A DNA stretch of 41,349 bases from Solirubrobacterales bacterium (GTDB lineage: Bacteria; Actinomycetota; Thermoleophilia; Solirubrobacterales; 70-9). Position 1 is the stretch's first letter; the number at the start of each line of letters is the position of its first letter. The stretch spans positions 1 to 41,349 of the forward strand of contig DAIRWC010000001.1 in NCBI GenBank assembly GCA_036802505.1, read 5' to 3'. Of this stretch, positions 13,343 through 19,590 are shown piece by piece. The position numbers and the translations under genes were made by a program. The notes below the pieces were generated by a model that had not been told where the DNA came from, made no database searches, and saw only the letters and a list, made by a program, of their open reading frames with translations.

Positions 13343-13603
13343 GTGGGGCTCAACCTCGCCGCCCGCTGCCTCGACTGCAAAGTGCAGATGGGGATGCTGC
13401 GCGGCTACGAGTCGGCCGGGATCGCCGTCTTCGCCGAAGAGCATCGCGGCCACCGGAAGGCATTGCAGGTCGACAACGGCTGGGCCAGGGGTAGCGACGA
13501 GGACGAATGGAGCGCCGGCCAGGAAGGCTTCAAGGAAGACGTCTACCCGCCCGACTGGCCGCTGTCGAAGCAGCCCGAGCGATACAAAGAGAGGGGTTAC
13601 TAG
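13343..13603 (+). CDS. Hypothetical protein (86 aa)
   Basis: GTG directly after the TAG stop. Contains CLDC near the N-terminus. High GC3. Confidence 0.6.
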   Translation: MGLNLAARCLDCKVQMGMLRGYESAGIAVFAEEHRGHRKALQVDNGWARGSDEDEWSAGQEGFKEDVYPPDWPLSKQPERYKERGY

Positions 13604-14121
13604 TGACCACCACCGAGCAACGGCAGACCTACCCGCCCAAGATGTCGACGCTGACGATCGCGCCGTCCGAGGAGTGGGAGGGCTTCGAGCGCCAGCTCGA
13701 GTTCCAGACCGCCTACGACGGGCGCGACGTCCCCAAGAACTACGGCATCCACGGCTGCGAGTTGAAGCTGATCCTGAAAGGCGACGAGGGCGCGTCGACG
13801 CTGCTGATCTTCACCGGCTGGCACCTTCCCCACGTCACCGCCGAGTGGGGCGACCGGCCGCCCTCGAGCTTTCTGACCAAGGCCAACGGCGTCGACATCG
13901 GCTACCACTCGGCCACGCGACCGGCGTGGCTCGAGGGAGAGCCCGAGGAGATCGACAACATGCACCACCGCGACGACTGCGCCTACACCCCGACCGGCGA
14001 GTGCTGGTACGACGGCAGCGCCCTTCGCGCCGAGGGCTTCGTCGACCTGCTGATCGCGGAGGGCATGGACGCCGTCTGGGAGGCGCTCCGCAAGGAGTAC
14101 GTCGCCACCTTCCGAGCGTGA
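13603..14121 (+). CDS. Hypothetical protein (172 aa)
   Basis: GTG 13603 (TAGTG overlap) after GAGAGGGG. Track ORF 13507..14121 trimmed. No family recognised. Confidence 0.65.
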   Translation: MTTTEQRQTYPPKMSTLTIAPSEEWEGFERQLEFQTAYDGRDVPKNYGIHGCELKLILKGDEGASTLLIFTGWHLPHVTAEWGDRPPSSFLTKANGVDIGYHSATRPAWLEGEPEEIDNMHHRDDCAYTPTGECWYDGSALRAEGFVDLLIAEGMDAVWEALRKEYVATFRA

Positions 14122-14342
14122 CCGACGAGCAGATCCGCCTCTACGCGCTGGCGCGCACGATCGTCCCGCGACACGTCCAGATCCGCACCATCGCCGAGCC
14201 CGCCTCCGAGGGCACCCTCTACACGCTCGAGCTCATTCCGCCCGAAGGCAAACACCGCTGGTTCGCCGTCCACTCCCTCACCCTCGACACCGTCGACGAC
14301 GACCGCCTGGCGCTCGAGATCCGGGCCGCGGTCGGCGGCTAG
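14118..14342 (+). CDS. Hypothetical protein (74 aa)
   Basis: GTGA overlap at 14118-14121. This is the tail of track ORF 13317..14342, whose upstream part is shadow sequence. Confidence 0.55.
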   Translation: MTDEQIRLYALARTIVPRHVQIRTIAEPASEGTLYTLELIPPEGKHRWFAVHSLTLDTVDDDRLALEIRAAVGG

Positions 14343-14539
14343 GCCGCTGCCTCGAGCTTCTCTCGGCCGACCGGCGTGAGGCGGTGTCGACCGTCCACGT
14401 GGGGGTCGTAGGCGAGGCCGTGGGCGATGGCGATCGTCAGCGCTTTGGGCTTCGTCTTCCCGGTGTCGCGGATCTCCTCGAGAAAGCCGAGGGCGATCCC
14501 GATGCGGTCGATCTCGGTGAACGACTGCTGCGAGCTCAT
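14339..14539 (-). CDS. Hypothetical protein (66 aa), convergent with the accessory operon
   Basis: ATG 14539. Very high GC3. Its stop overlaps the opposite-strand stop (CTAG at 14339-14342). No obvious SD. Confidence 0.55.
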   Translation of the reverse strand: MSSQQSFTEIDRIGIALGFLEEIRDTGKTKPKALTIAIAHGLAYDPHVDGRHRLTPVGREKLEAAA

Positions 14540-14622
14540 GGCCCGAGAGGGGACCAAAGCCGGCGGACGGAACCGGGAGGAAGTCCGGCCCGCCGGACAG
14601 TAGGCCCCTACAACGGCGACCG

Positions 14623-14664
14623 CCCCGCTCCCCCGAGTCTCTAGAGAACCAAGGGGGAGCGGGG
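14623..14664. other. Long hairpin: 12-bp GC stem enclosing the palindrome TCTCTAGAGA
   Basis: CCCCGCTCCCCC (14623-14634) pairs with GGGGGAGCGGGG (14653-14664). The 18-nt interior contains TCTCTAGAGA. No U-tract on either strand. Confidence 0.45.
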
Positions 14665-14688
14665 CACGGTCGTCAGCGGTGCAGGGTA

Positions 14689-14886
14689 CTACGTCCGCGC
14701 GGCGCGCACGAGGCAGTCCTTCGCCTCGAGCAGCTTGCGCAGCCCGGTGGTCAACTCGGGACCCTCGGGAAGATCCTTCGCCATTTGGTGAGCGAGCTCG
14801 CACACCGGCTTGCTCACCGCCTGCAACTCCTCGGGGAGGTGGTCGTAGGAGAAATGGCTCAGGATTTGTTCGGTGCCCGGATGCAT
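14689..14886 (-). CDS. Conserved small phage protein of unknown function (65 aa)
   Basis: ATG 14886 (TGATG overlap). Reads HFSYDHLPEELQAVSKP...GLRKLLEAKDCLVRAA. This pattern recalls small proteins I associate with actinophages, from memory only. Confidence 0.6.
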   Translation of the reverse strand: MHPGTEQILSHFSYDHLPEELQAVSKPVCELAHQMAKDLPEGPELTTGLRKLLEAKDCLVRAART

Positions 14887-15431
14887 CAGGCCGCGGGCTC
14901 GGCCGGAGTCGCCGCCTGCACCGGCTTCTCGTTGTCGGCCGACTCCGCGTAGACGCTCACGCCGTCTGCGTTGCCGGTGGTCGGGCCTCCGGCGACGTCG
15001 CTCCCGAAGTGGAACAACGTCTTGCCGTCCGGCGTCTCGAGCCCCGACTCCGCGAACCCCTCGGGGATCGTGTCGCCGGAGACGAGGTACAGCGGCTTCT
15101 CGCTCGCCGCCGTGGTCGTCGGGGGCTCGGTCGTGCCGCCTTCGCCGGCCGGGGCTTCGCCGCTGCCCTGGTCGCCACCGGCAGGACTGCCTTCCTCGCC
15201 GCCGCCGGGCTGGTCGGTCGGGGCTTCGGGGGCCGGGACGGGCGTGTCGACGACGCCGTCGCCGTATTCGATCTGCTCGATCACCGTGGCGGTCGGCAGG
15301 TTGAGGTTGAGCTCCTTGCCGGCGACCACGGCGATCGACGTGACGACGGAGTCCTCGACCCCGCTGCCCTGGCCCGGCTCGATGATGTCGGCGACGGCAC
15401 CTTCGGCCGTGCCCCTGATCTTGATCTTCAT
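14886..15431 (-). CDS. Hypothetical protein with central Pro/Gly/Glu/Thr-rich linker (181 aa)
   Basis: ATG 15431 after GAAGGGAG. High GC3. Confidence 0.7.
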   Translation of the reverse strand: MKIKIRGTAEGAVADIIEPGQGSGVEDSVVTSIAVVAGKELNLNLPTATVIEQIEYGDGVVDTPVPAPEAPTDQPGGGEEGSPAGGDQGSGEAPAGEGGTTEPPTTTAASEKPLYLVSGDTIPEGFAESGLETPDGKTLFHFGSDVAGGPTTGNADGVSVYAESADNEKPVQAATPAEPAA

Positions 15432-15467
15432 AACGCTCCCTTCGGAGTCGTAGTAGTTGACGGAGGC

Positions 15468-15490
15468 ACCCTACCCGAGTCGGTGTACAC
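15468..15490 (-). promoter_or_regulatory. GTGTACAC-N9-TAGGGT promoter/operator motif, copy 3 (leftward)
   Basis: On the reverse strand, GTGTACAC (15483-15490) is followed after 9 nt by TAGGGT (15468-15473). This lies ~36 nt upstream of ATG 15431. Confidence 0.45.
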
Positions 15491-15520
15491 GTAGTCGGAC
15501 CCGACCCCGCAAAGTGCGGC

Positions 15521-16306
15521 CTATGCCGTCGCGCGGATCCCTGCGACAGGAACCGTCGCGGCGCGATCGCCGTCGTCGCTGCCAGGTTGCGACGACGCAT
15601 AGAGCTCCCAGGCCCGCGAGACAGCGCCCGAGCCGGGGAAGAAGTCGTCCAAGGTGTCGCCGCTGCAGGCGCCGAGGAGTTCAAAGAGCCAGTTGCAGAA
15701 GGCCGCCGGCTTCATCCCGGTCAGCGCGCCGGGGTGGGAGTGCTGGCGGCCGCCCCAGAGCAAGACGTCGCTCAGGTCCTCGACAACGGGAACCTGTTTT
15801 CGCGCCCGGCCACCGAAGACGAGAACCGCCTCGAAGGCGTGGAGGGCGGTGTAGCTCTTCGTCTTCCGCGGCCCGTTGACCCACACACACAGGCGCGTCT
15901 CCGGCGGGCAGAGCGCCCAGACGTCGCGCAACGCCGGCGCCGACGTCGAGAGCGCCCAGCCGTCGTATGGGCCCGTGGTGAGACGAGACACGAGCTCAGC
16001 GTGATCGACCTCGCCGTTGAAGTCCCTGTGGTCGCCGTAGTAGCGCTTGGAGAGGCCGGGGTAGGGCGGGTCCGCGTAGGCGAAGCGCATCGGCTGCTCG
16101 CCGCTCGAGGCGCGACAGATGTGCTTGGAGAACCGCTGCTTGGCCTGGCGACAGCGCTTCGAGCACGTGATCCGGTTGGAGCGGGCCTCGGGCGGGATCT
16201 CGGGCTCCCGGCACCACTCGCAGATCCGCCACCCTCGAGCGAGCCGCGACGCCTTCTCCTCCTCACTCAGCACGGCGGCCAACCTAAGCGTCGCCGCGGA
16301 CGTCAA
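15521..16306 (-). CDS. DNA methyltransferase (N6-adenine/N4-cytosine type, DPPY motif) with N-terminal Cys4 region
   Basis: Has YADPPYPG (motif IV) followed later by DDFFPGSGAV (motif I-like). N-terminal CEWC...CSKRC. The start (TTG 16306) is uncertain; GTG 16273 is possible. No cognate endonuclease nearby. Confidence 0.7.
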   Translation of the reverse strand: MTSAATLRLAAVLSEEEKASRLARGWRICEWCREPEIPPEARSNRITCSKRCRQAKQRFSKHICRASSGEQPMRFAYADPPYPGLSKRYYGDHRDFNGEVDHAELVSRLTTGPYDGWALSTSAPALRDVWALCPPETRLCVWVNGPRKTKSYTALHAFEAVLVFGGRARKQVPVVEDLSDVLLWGGRQHSHPGALTGMKPAAFCNWLFELLGACSGDTLDDFFPGSGAVSRAWELYASSQPGSDDGDRAATVPVAGIRATA

Positions 16307-16328
16307 CCGTCGTCGAGATCCCGGAACG

Positions 16329-16360
16329 ACAAAAGCCCCCCACCCCGAAGGGTGAGAGGC
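16329..16360 (-). terminator. Intrinsic terminator ending the late operon
   Basis: The reverse strand reads GCCTCTCACCC TTCG GGGTGGGGGGC TTTTG. This is an 11-bp stem (two G-U), a tetraloop and a U-tract. Confidence 0.8.
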
Positions 16361-16411
16361 TCGTGTCGCATGAACGGCAGACCCCGAAGGGAGATCCCCG
16401 AGGGGTGAAGG

Positions 16412-16807
16412 CTACAGGATCACGATCGACACGCCGGTCTGTTTCCCCGCCCCGGCGAACTCCTTGGAGCAGTCGAGCTGCACCACGTGCCGGTCGTCGA
16501 CGATCAAGCCCCCTTGCGTCAGGCCGTCAAGAACTGCACGTGCGAGCTTGTCGAGATCCCCGTCGCTCGAGGGCCAGTCGTATTTCGGCCCCTTCGGGCG
16601 CGGCATAACGAAGCGCAGGCCCACCATGTAGGGGGGCTTGAGGAGGCCGACGCCTTTGGGGCGCTGGCCGAGGCAGGACATCGCGATCGCTTCGACCCAG
16701 GGCTTACAGCCGTCACTCGACTCCTTGGACGCAGAGCCGCCAAGGAACACCCTCGAGCCCTTCGGCGCGGGGTGCCCCTTGACGACGAACTGCGCCCGGT
16801 GGGCCAC
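16412..16807 (-). CDS. rusA: RusA-family Holliday junction resolvase
   Basis: Motifs VVKGHPAPKGS, GDLDKLARAVLDGL and IVDDRHV match the RusA pattern. 131 aa, GTG start. Confidence 0.75.
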   Translation of the reverse strand: MAHRAQFVVKGHPAPKGSRVFLGGSASKESSDGCKPWVEAIAMSCLGQRPKGVGLLKPPYMVGLRFVMPRPKGPKYDWPSSDGDLDKLARAVLDGLTQGGLIVDDRHVVQLDCSKEFAGAGKQTGVSIVIL

Positions 16808-16875
16808 TAGACCCGGCGGGCGATGAACAGCGCGAGGGCGATGATCGCCAGGATCACGAGAATCAAGATCAGCAT
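16807..16875 (-). CDS. Hydrophobic micro-protein (22 aa), not in the ORF track
   Basis: ATG 16875 after GAGAGGGGG. Product MLILILVILAIIALALFIARRV. The TAG stop shares one nucleotide with the rusA GTG. Confidence 0.5.
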   Translation of the reverse strand: MLILILVILAIIALALFIARRV

Positions 16876-16905
16876 CGAATTAACCCCCTCTCGCGTCGTT
16901 GGTTT

Positions 16906-17460
16906 TCACTCGGCCGGCGGTGCCGGGGGAGCTGCGGGTGACGCGGGCTCCTCGACGGGGGCCGGTGCCGGGATCTCGACGGGCTCGGCCGGGACCGCGC
17001 CTGCCGGGTTGTCGTCGACGAACTGGCCGATCACGTCGAGGATGCCGGCGACGCCGTGGGCGACTTCCGCCTCGTTGATCGACCCCTTCGAGATCCGGTC
17101 GTGCAGATCCGCGAGCGCGGCCCCGACTCCCTGCACGGTGCCGTGTGCGGAGAAGAACATCGTGGTCGCCTGGTCGAGTTCTGCGAGGGCCTGATCGAGA
17201 TCCTCGTCGACGGTGAGCGGTTCGCCCTTCTGCCACTGGTCGAACCACTTGTAGATCAGGGTGACGACGATCAGGCCGACGACCCCCATCGCCCCTGCGA
17301 TCACCCCCACCGGCAGAGTGACGCCGGGGACGTTGGCGGTGATCCACGCCGAGAGCCACAGCGACCCTGCGGTGATCGGGCCGGCGAGGACGAGCATGAT
17401 CCGGTTCGGGGGGAAGATCGCTTGCAGGCGATCGCCGATGCTGCCGATGAGTCGTTTCAC
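16906..17460 (-). CDS. Holin-like membrane protein (184 aa, two predicted TM segments, Pro/Ala-rich tail)
   Basis: GTG 17460 after AAGGAGG. Hydrophobic stretches IMLVLAGPITAGSLWLSAWI and LPVGVIAGAMGVVGLIVVTLI. Lies directly downstream of the endolysin genes. Confidence 0.5.
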   Translation of the reverse strand: MKRLIGSIGDRLQAIFPPNRIMLVLAGPITAGSLWLSAWITANVPGVTLPVGVIAGAMGVVGLIVVTLIYKWFDQWQKGEPLTVDEDLDQALAELDQATTMFFSAHGTVQGVGAALADLHDRISKGSINEAEVAHGVAGILDVIGQFVDDNPAGAVPAEPVEIPAPAPVEEPASPAAPPAPPAE

Positions 17461-17485
17461 TTCGATGCCTCCTTGGTTGTGCTGG

Positions 17486-18178
17486 TCAGCGGCCGACCCA
17501 GAAGGCCGGTCGCACTACGGACTCGTCGAGGTTGTGACCGCCCGAGTCGAAGGTCCACTGAGTGCCGTGGGCCTTGACCGAGATCAGGCCGCAAGTCGAA
17601 GGCCCGCACAGGTGCTTGCCGTTGCCGACGTGCGCCGTCCACACCCGGTACTCGTCGGGGTGGATGCCGGCGTTGTCGAGGGCCTCGAGCACGGCGTTCA
17701 TTTCGCCGGCAGCGGAGTAGACGATCGGGCGCTCGATCCCCCTCAAGTGCTGCTCGCGCACCCACCGCGGCGCGTCGGCCGGGGTCGCGTCTCCGGGCTC
17801 GACGTCGAGGCACTCGGCATCGTGTGAGCTCGCGACGGCGACAGAGACGAGCCGAGCGTGTGGGCAGCGCTTGCGCAGCGACCCGTCCTCGAAGGTCGGC
17901 CAGCTCCCGCCGACGTACCCGGCCGCGGCTCGAGCATCGGTGGGGATCTCCGTCACCGTCACCGAATCGAACGTCACCCGCGGCGAGGCCAGGAACGCCT
18001 TGATCCGCAGAGCCTCTCGCCGGAGACGACGGATCGCCCGCCCTTCCCGGCGAGCTCGAGCACCTTGCTTGAGCCGACGCTTGCGTTCCCGATTCTTCTT
18101 GCGGGCCTTGATCGTGGCCGAGATCCGCTCGAGGCGCTTGCGCGGAGCGACGACCTTGTGTGCGCTGACTGGCCTCAC
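17486..18178 (-). CDS. Endolysin candidate, glycoside-hydrolase-like (DUF1906/Rv2525c-like) with a ~60-aa highly basic N-terminus
   Basis: The pattern FDSVTV...AAAGYVGGSWPTF...ECLDVEPGDATP...RPIVYSAAGE...WTAHVGNGKHLCGP...GTQW recalls that family. Sits in the lysis cassette. Confidence 0.5.
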   Translation of the reverse strand: MRPVSAHKVVAPRKRLERISATIKARKKNRERKRRLKQGARARREGRAIRRLRREALRIKAFLASPRVTFDSVTVTEIPTDARAAAGYVGGSWPTFEDGSLRKRCPHARLVSVAVASSHDAECLDVEPGDATPADAPRWVREQHLRGIERPIVYSAAGEMNAVLEALDNAGIHPDEYRVWTAHVGNGKHLCGPSTCGLISVKAHGTQWTFDSGGHNLDESVVRPAFWVGR

Positions 18179-18705
18179 GACGACACCCGCTTCACGCCGA
18201 TGTGGATGTGGGGGCCGGTGCCGTGCTCTTCGGTGATTACCTGCACCCGGTACGTCTCGGCCGAGCCGGTGTGGGAGCGGGTGATCTCGAACTCGATGAA
18301 GCTCGACATCTCCGACTTGCGCTGCTTGAGGGCGGTGACGATCGCCGAGCCGAGCTCGTCGTTGTTGACGAAGGTGCCGCCGTCGACCGCGTCGGCGTCC
18401 TTGTTGCCCTTCCAGTGATCGGAGCTCGGATTGCCGAAGGTCTGCCAGCGCTTGCGCGACGTCACCGGGACGCCGGCCGCGTGGAGGATCGGGATCACCT
18501 CGTACTTGATGATCGCCGTGGCGCCCTTGTACTTGAAGCGATCGGCGACGAGCCTCTTGCGCTGCTTGCGCAACTGGCGGATCGCGGCCTTCGCGTGTTT
18601 GCGGATCTTCGAGCCGAGGAGCGCGGAGTCGCGGGCCTGCTGCTGGTCGGCGATCGCGTGGTTGACGTTGTGCAGTCGAGCTTGGAGCGGGGCGTGTTTG
18701 CTCAC
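18175..18705 (-). CDS. Endolysin candidate, LAS/M15-like metallopeptidase
   Basis: [15 protein letters not shown] and GPHIHIG resemble the SxHxxG..D and HxH zinc ligand motifs. GTG 18705 after GAAGGAGA. Confidence 0.45.
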   Translation of the reverse strand: MSKHAPLQARLHNVNHAIADQQQARDSALLGSKIRKHAKAAIRQLRKQRKRLVADRFKYKGATAIIKYEVIPILHAAGVPVTSRKRWQTFGNPSSDHWKGNKDADAVDGGTFVNNDELGSAIVTALKQRKSEMSSFIEFEITRSHTGSAETYRVQVITEEHGTGPHIHIGVKRVSS

Positions 18706-18723
18706 CTGGGGATCTCCTTCGGG

Positions 18724-19345
18724 TCAGGACGGAACGCAGCTAAGAGTGCCGTCGCCGTTGTCGGTGCAAATGAAGGTGGAGGGTGACGAGCCAGGCGGAC
18801 CTTCCGGCCCTGGCGGACCTTCGGGGCCGGGTGGTCCCTGGGGGCCAACGGGACCGGCTTCGCCCTGTGGGCCGCGTTCTCCGGCCGCTCCGGGCGCTCC
18901 GGGGCTACCTTCCGCCCCGACGTCGCCACGAGCGCCAGAGGGGCCGGGAGGGCCGCTGGGGCCTGCTTCGCCGGAGTTGCCCTGTGAGCCGGGGGAACCG
19001 TTCGCTGCCGGCCGGGCCAGGCGGCCCCATTTCGCCTCGAGGGCCGACGAGCCCGAGCCTGCCCTGCGGGCCGAGTAGACCGGGCGGGCCGATCGCGCCC
19101 GGTTGACCGTTGCGACCGGGGGCGCCGGGGAAGCCACGTTCGCCGCGGAGGTACTTCGTGATCCCGGTGATCTTGTGGCCGTTGACGACGGCGTTGGCCT
19201 TCGCCTTCGTCGCCGTCTTCTGAGCCTGGGCGGTGGCGGCCTGCCGTTCGGCCGAGTGGGAGGCGAGGATCACGTAGACCCCCGCCAAGAGGGCGAGGAG
19301 AATGGCGATCGCAACTGCGAAACGTACCTTTGCTTTGGTGCTCAA
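18724..19345 (-). CDS. Membrane-anchored collagen-like (GXY)40 protein, split over two reading frames at about 19000
   Basis: TTG 19345 (TTGA overlap). N-terminal TM segment [20 protein letters not shown]. There are 16 GXY triplets in frame A to codon GAA 19003-19001, then 24 GXY triplets in frame B from GGT 18999-18997. Skipping nt 19000 restores continuity. Confidence 0.7.
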
Positions 19346-19590
19346 GGGGCTCCTTTCTGAGCGAAGAGGAGGATCAGGCCGATCAAGAGGCTGCCGCCCA
19401 GGCCGCCGAGGGCCCCCGCGACGATCATCTTGACGTTCAACGAGGCGATCGCTTCACCCTGCTTTACCTGCCGCTCCCCCTGCACTTTCTGCTCGGTCTT
19501 GAGCTCGTCGATGTCGTCGGCCATATTGTTCATTCGCTGGGTCATCGTCCCCCGTCGTTCTGCTTGGGCGAGCCGCTCCTCGTCGTTCAT
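19342..19590 (-). CDS. Tail-anchored membrane protein (82 aa), coiled-coil N-terminus
   Basis: ATGA overlap with the 1534-aa gene. C-terminal TM segment [22 protein letters not shown]. Confidence 0.6.
   Translation of the reverse strand: MNDEERLAQAERRGTMTQRMNNMADDIDELKTEQKVQGERQVKQGEAIASLNVKMIVAGALGGLGGSLLIGLILLFAQKGAP

Noticed and set aside
18793-19144. Nucleotide-level short tandem repeats (GGNCCN-like periodicity) that could be mistaken for a repeat array or CRISPR.
   Set aside because: The periodicity is the 9-nt and 18-nt rhythm of collagen-like GXY codons inside a coding region. There are no unique spacers of constant length, no cas genes and no leader.
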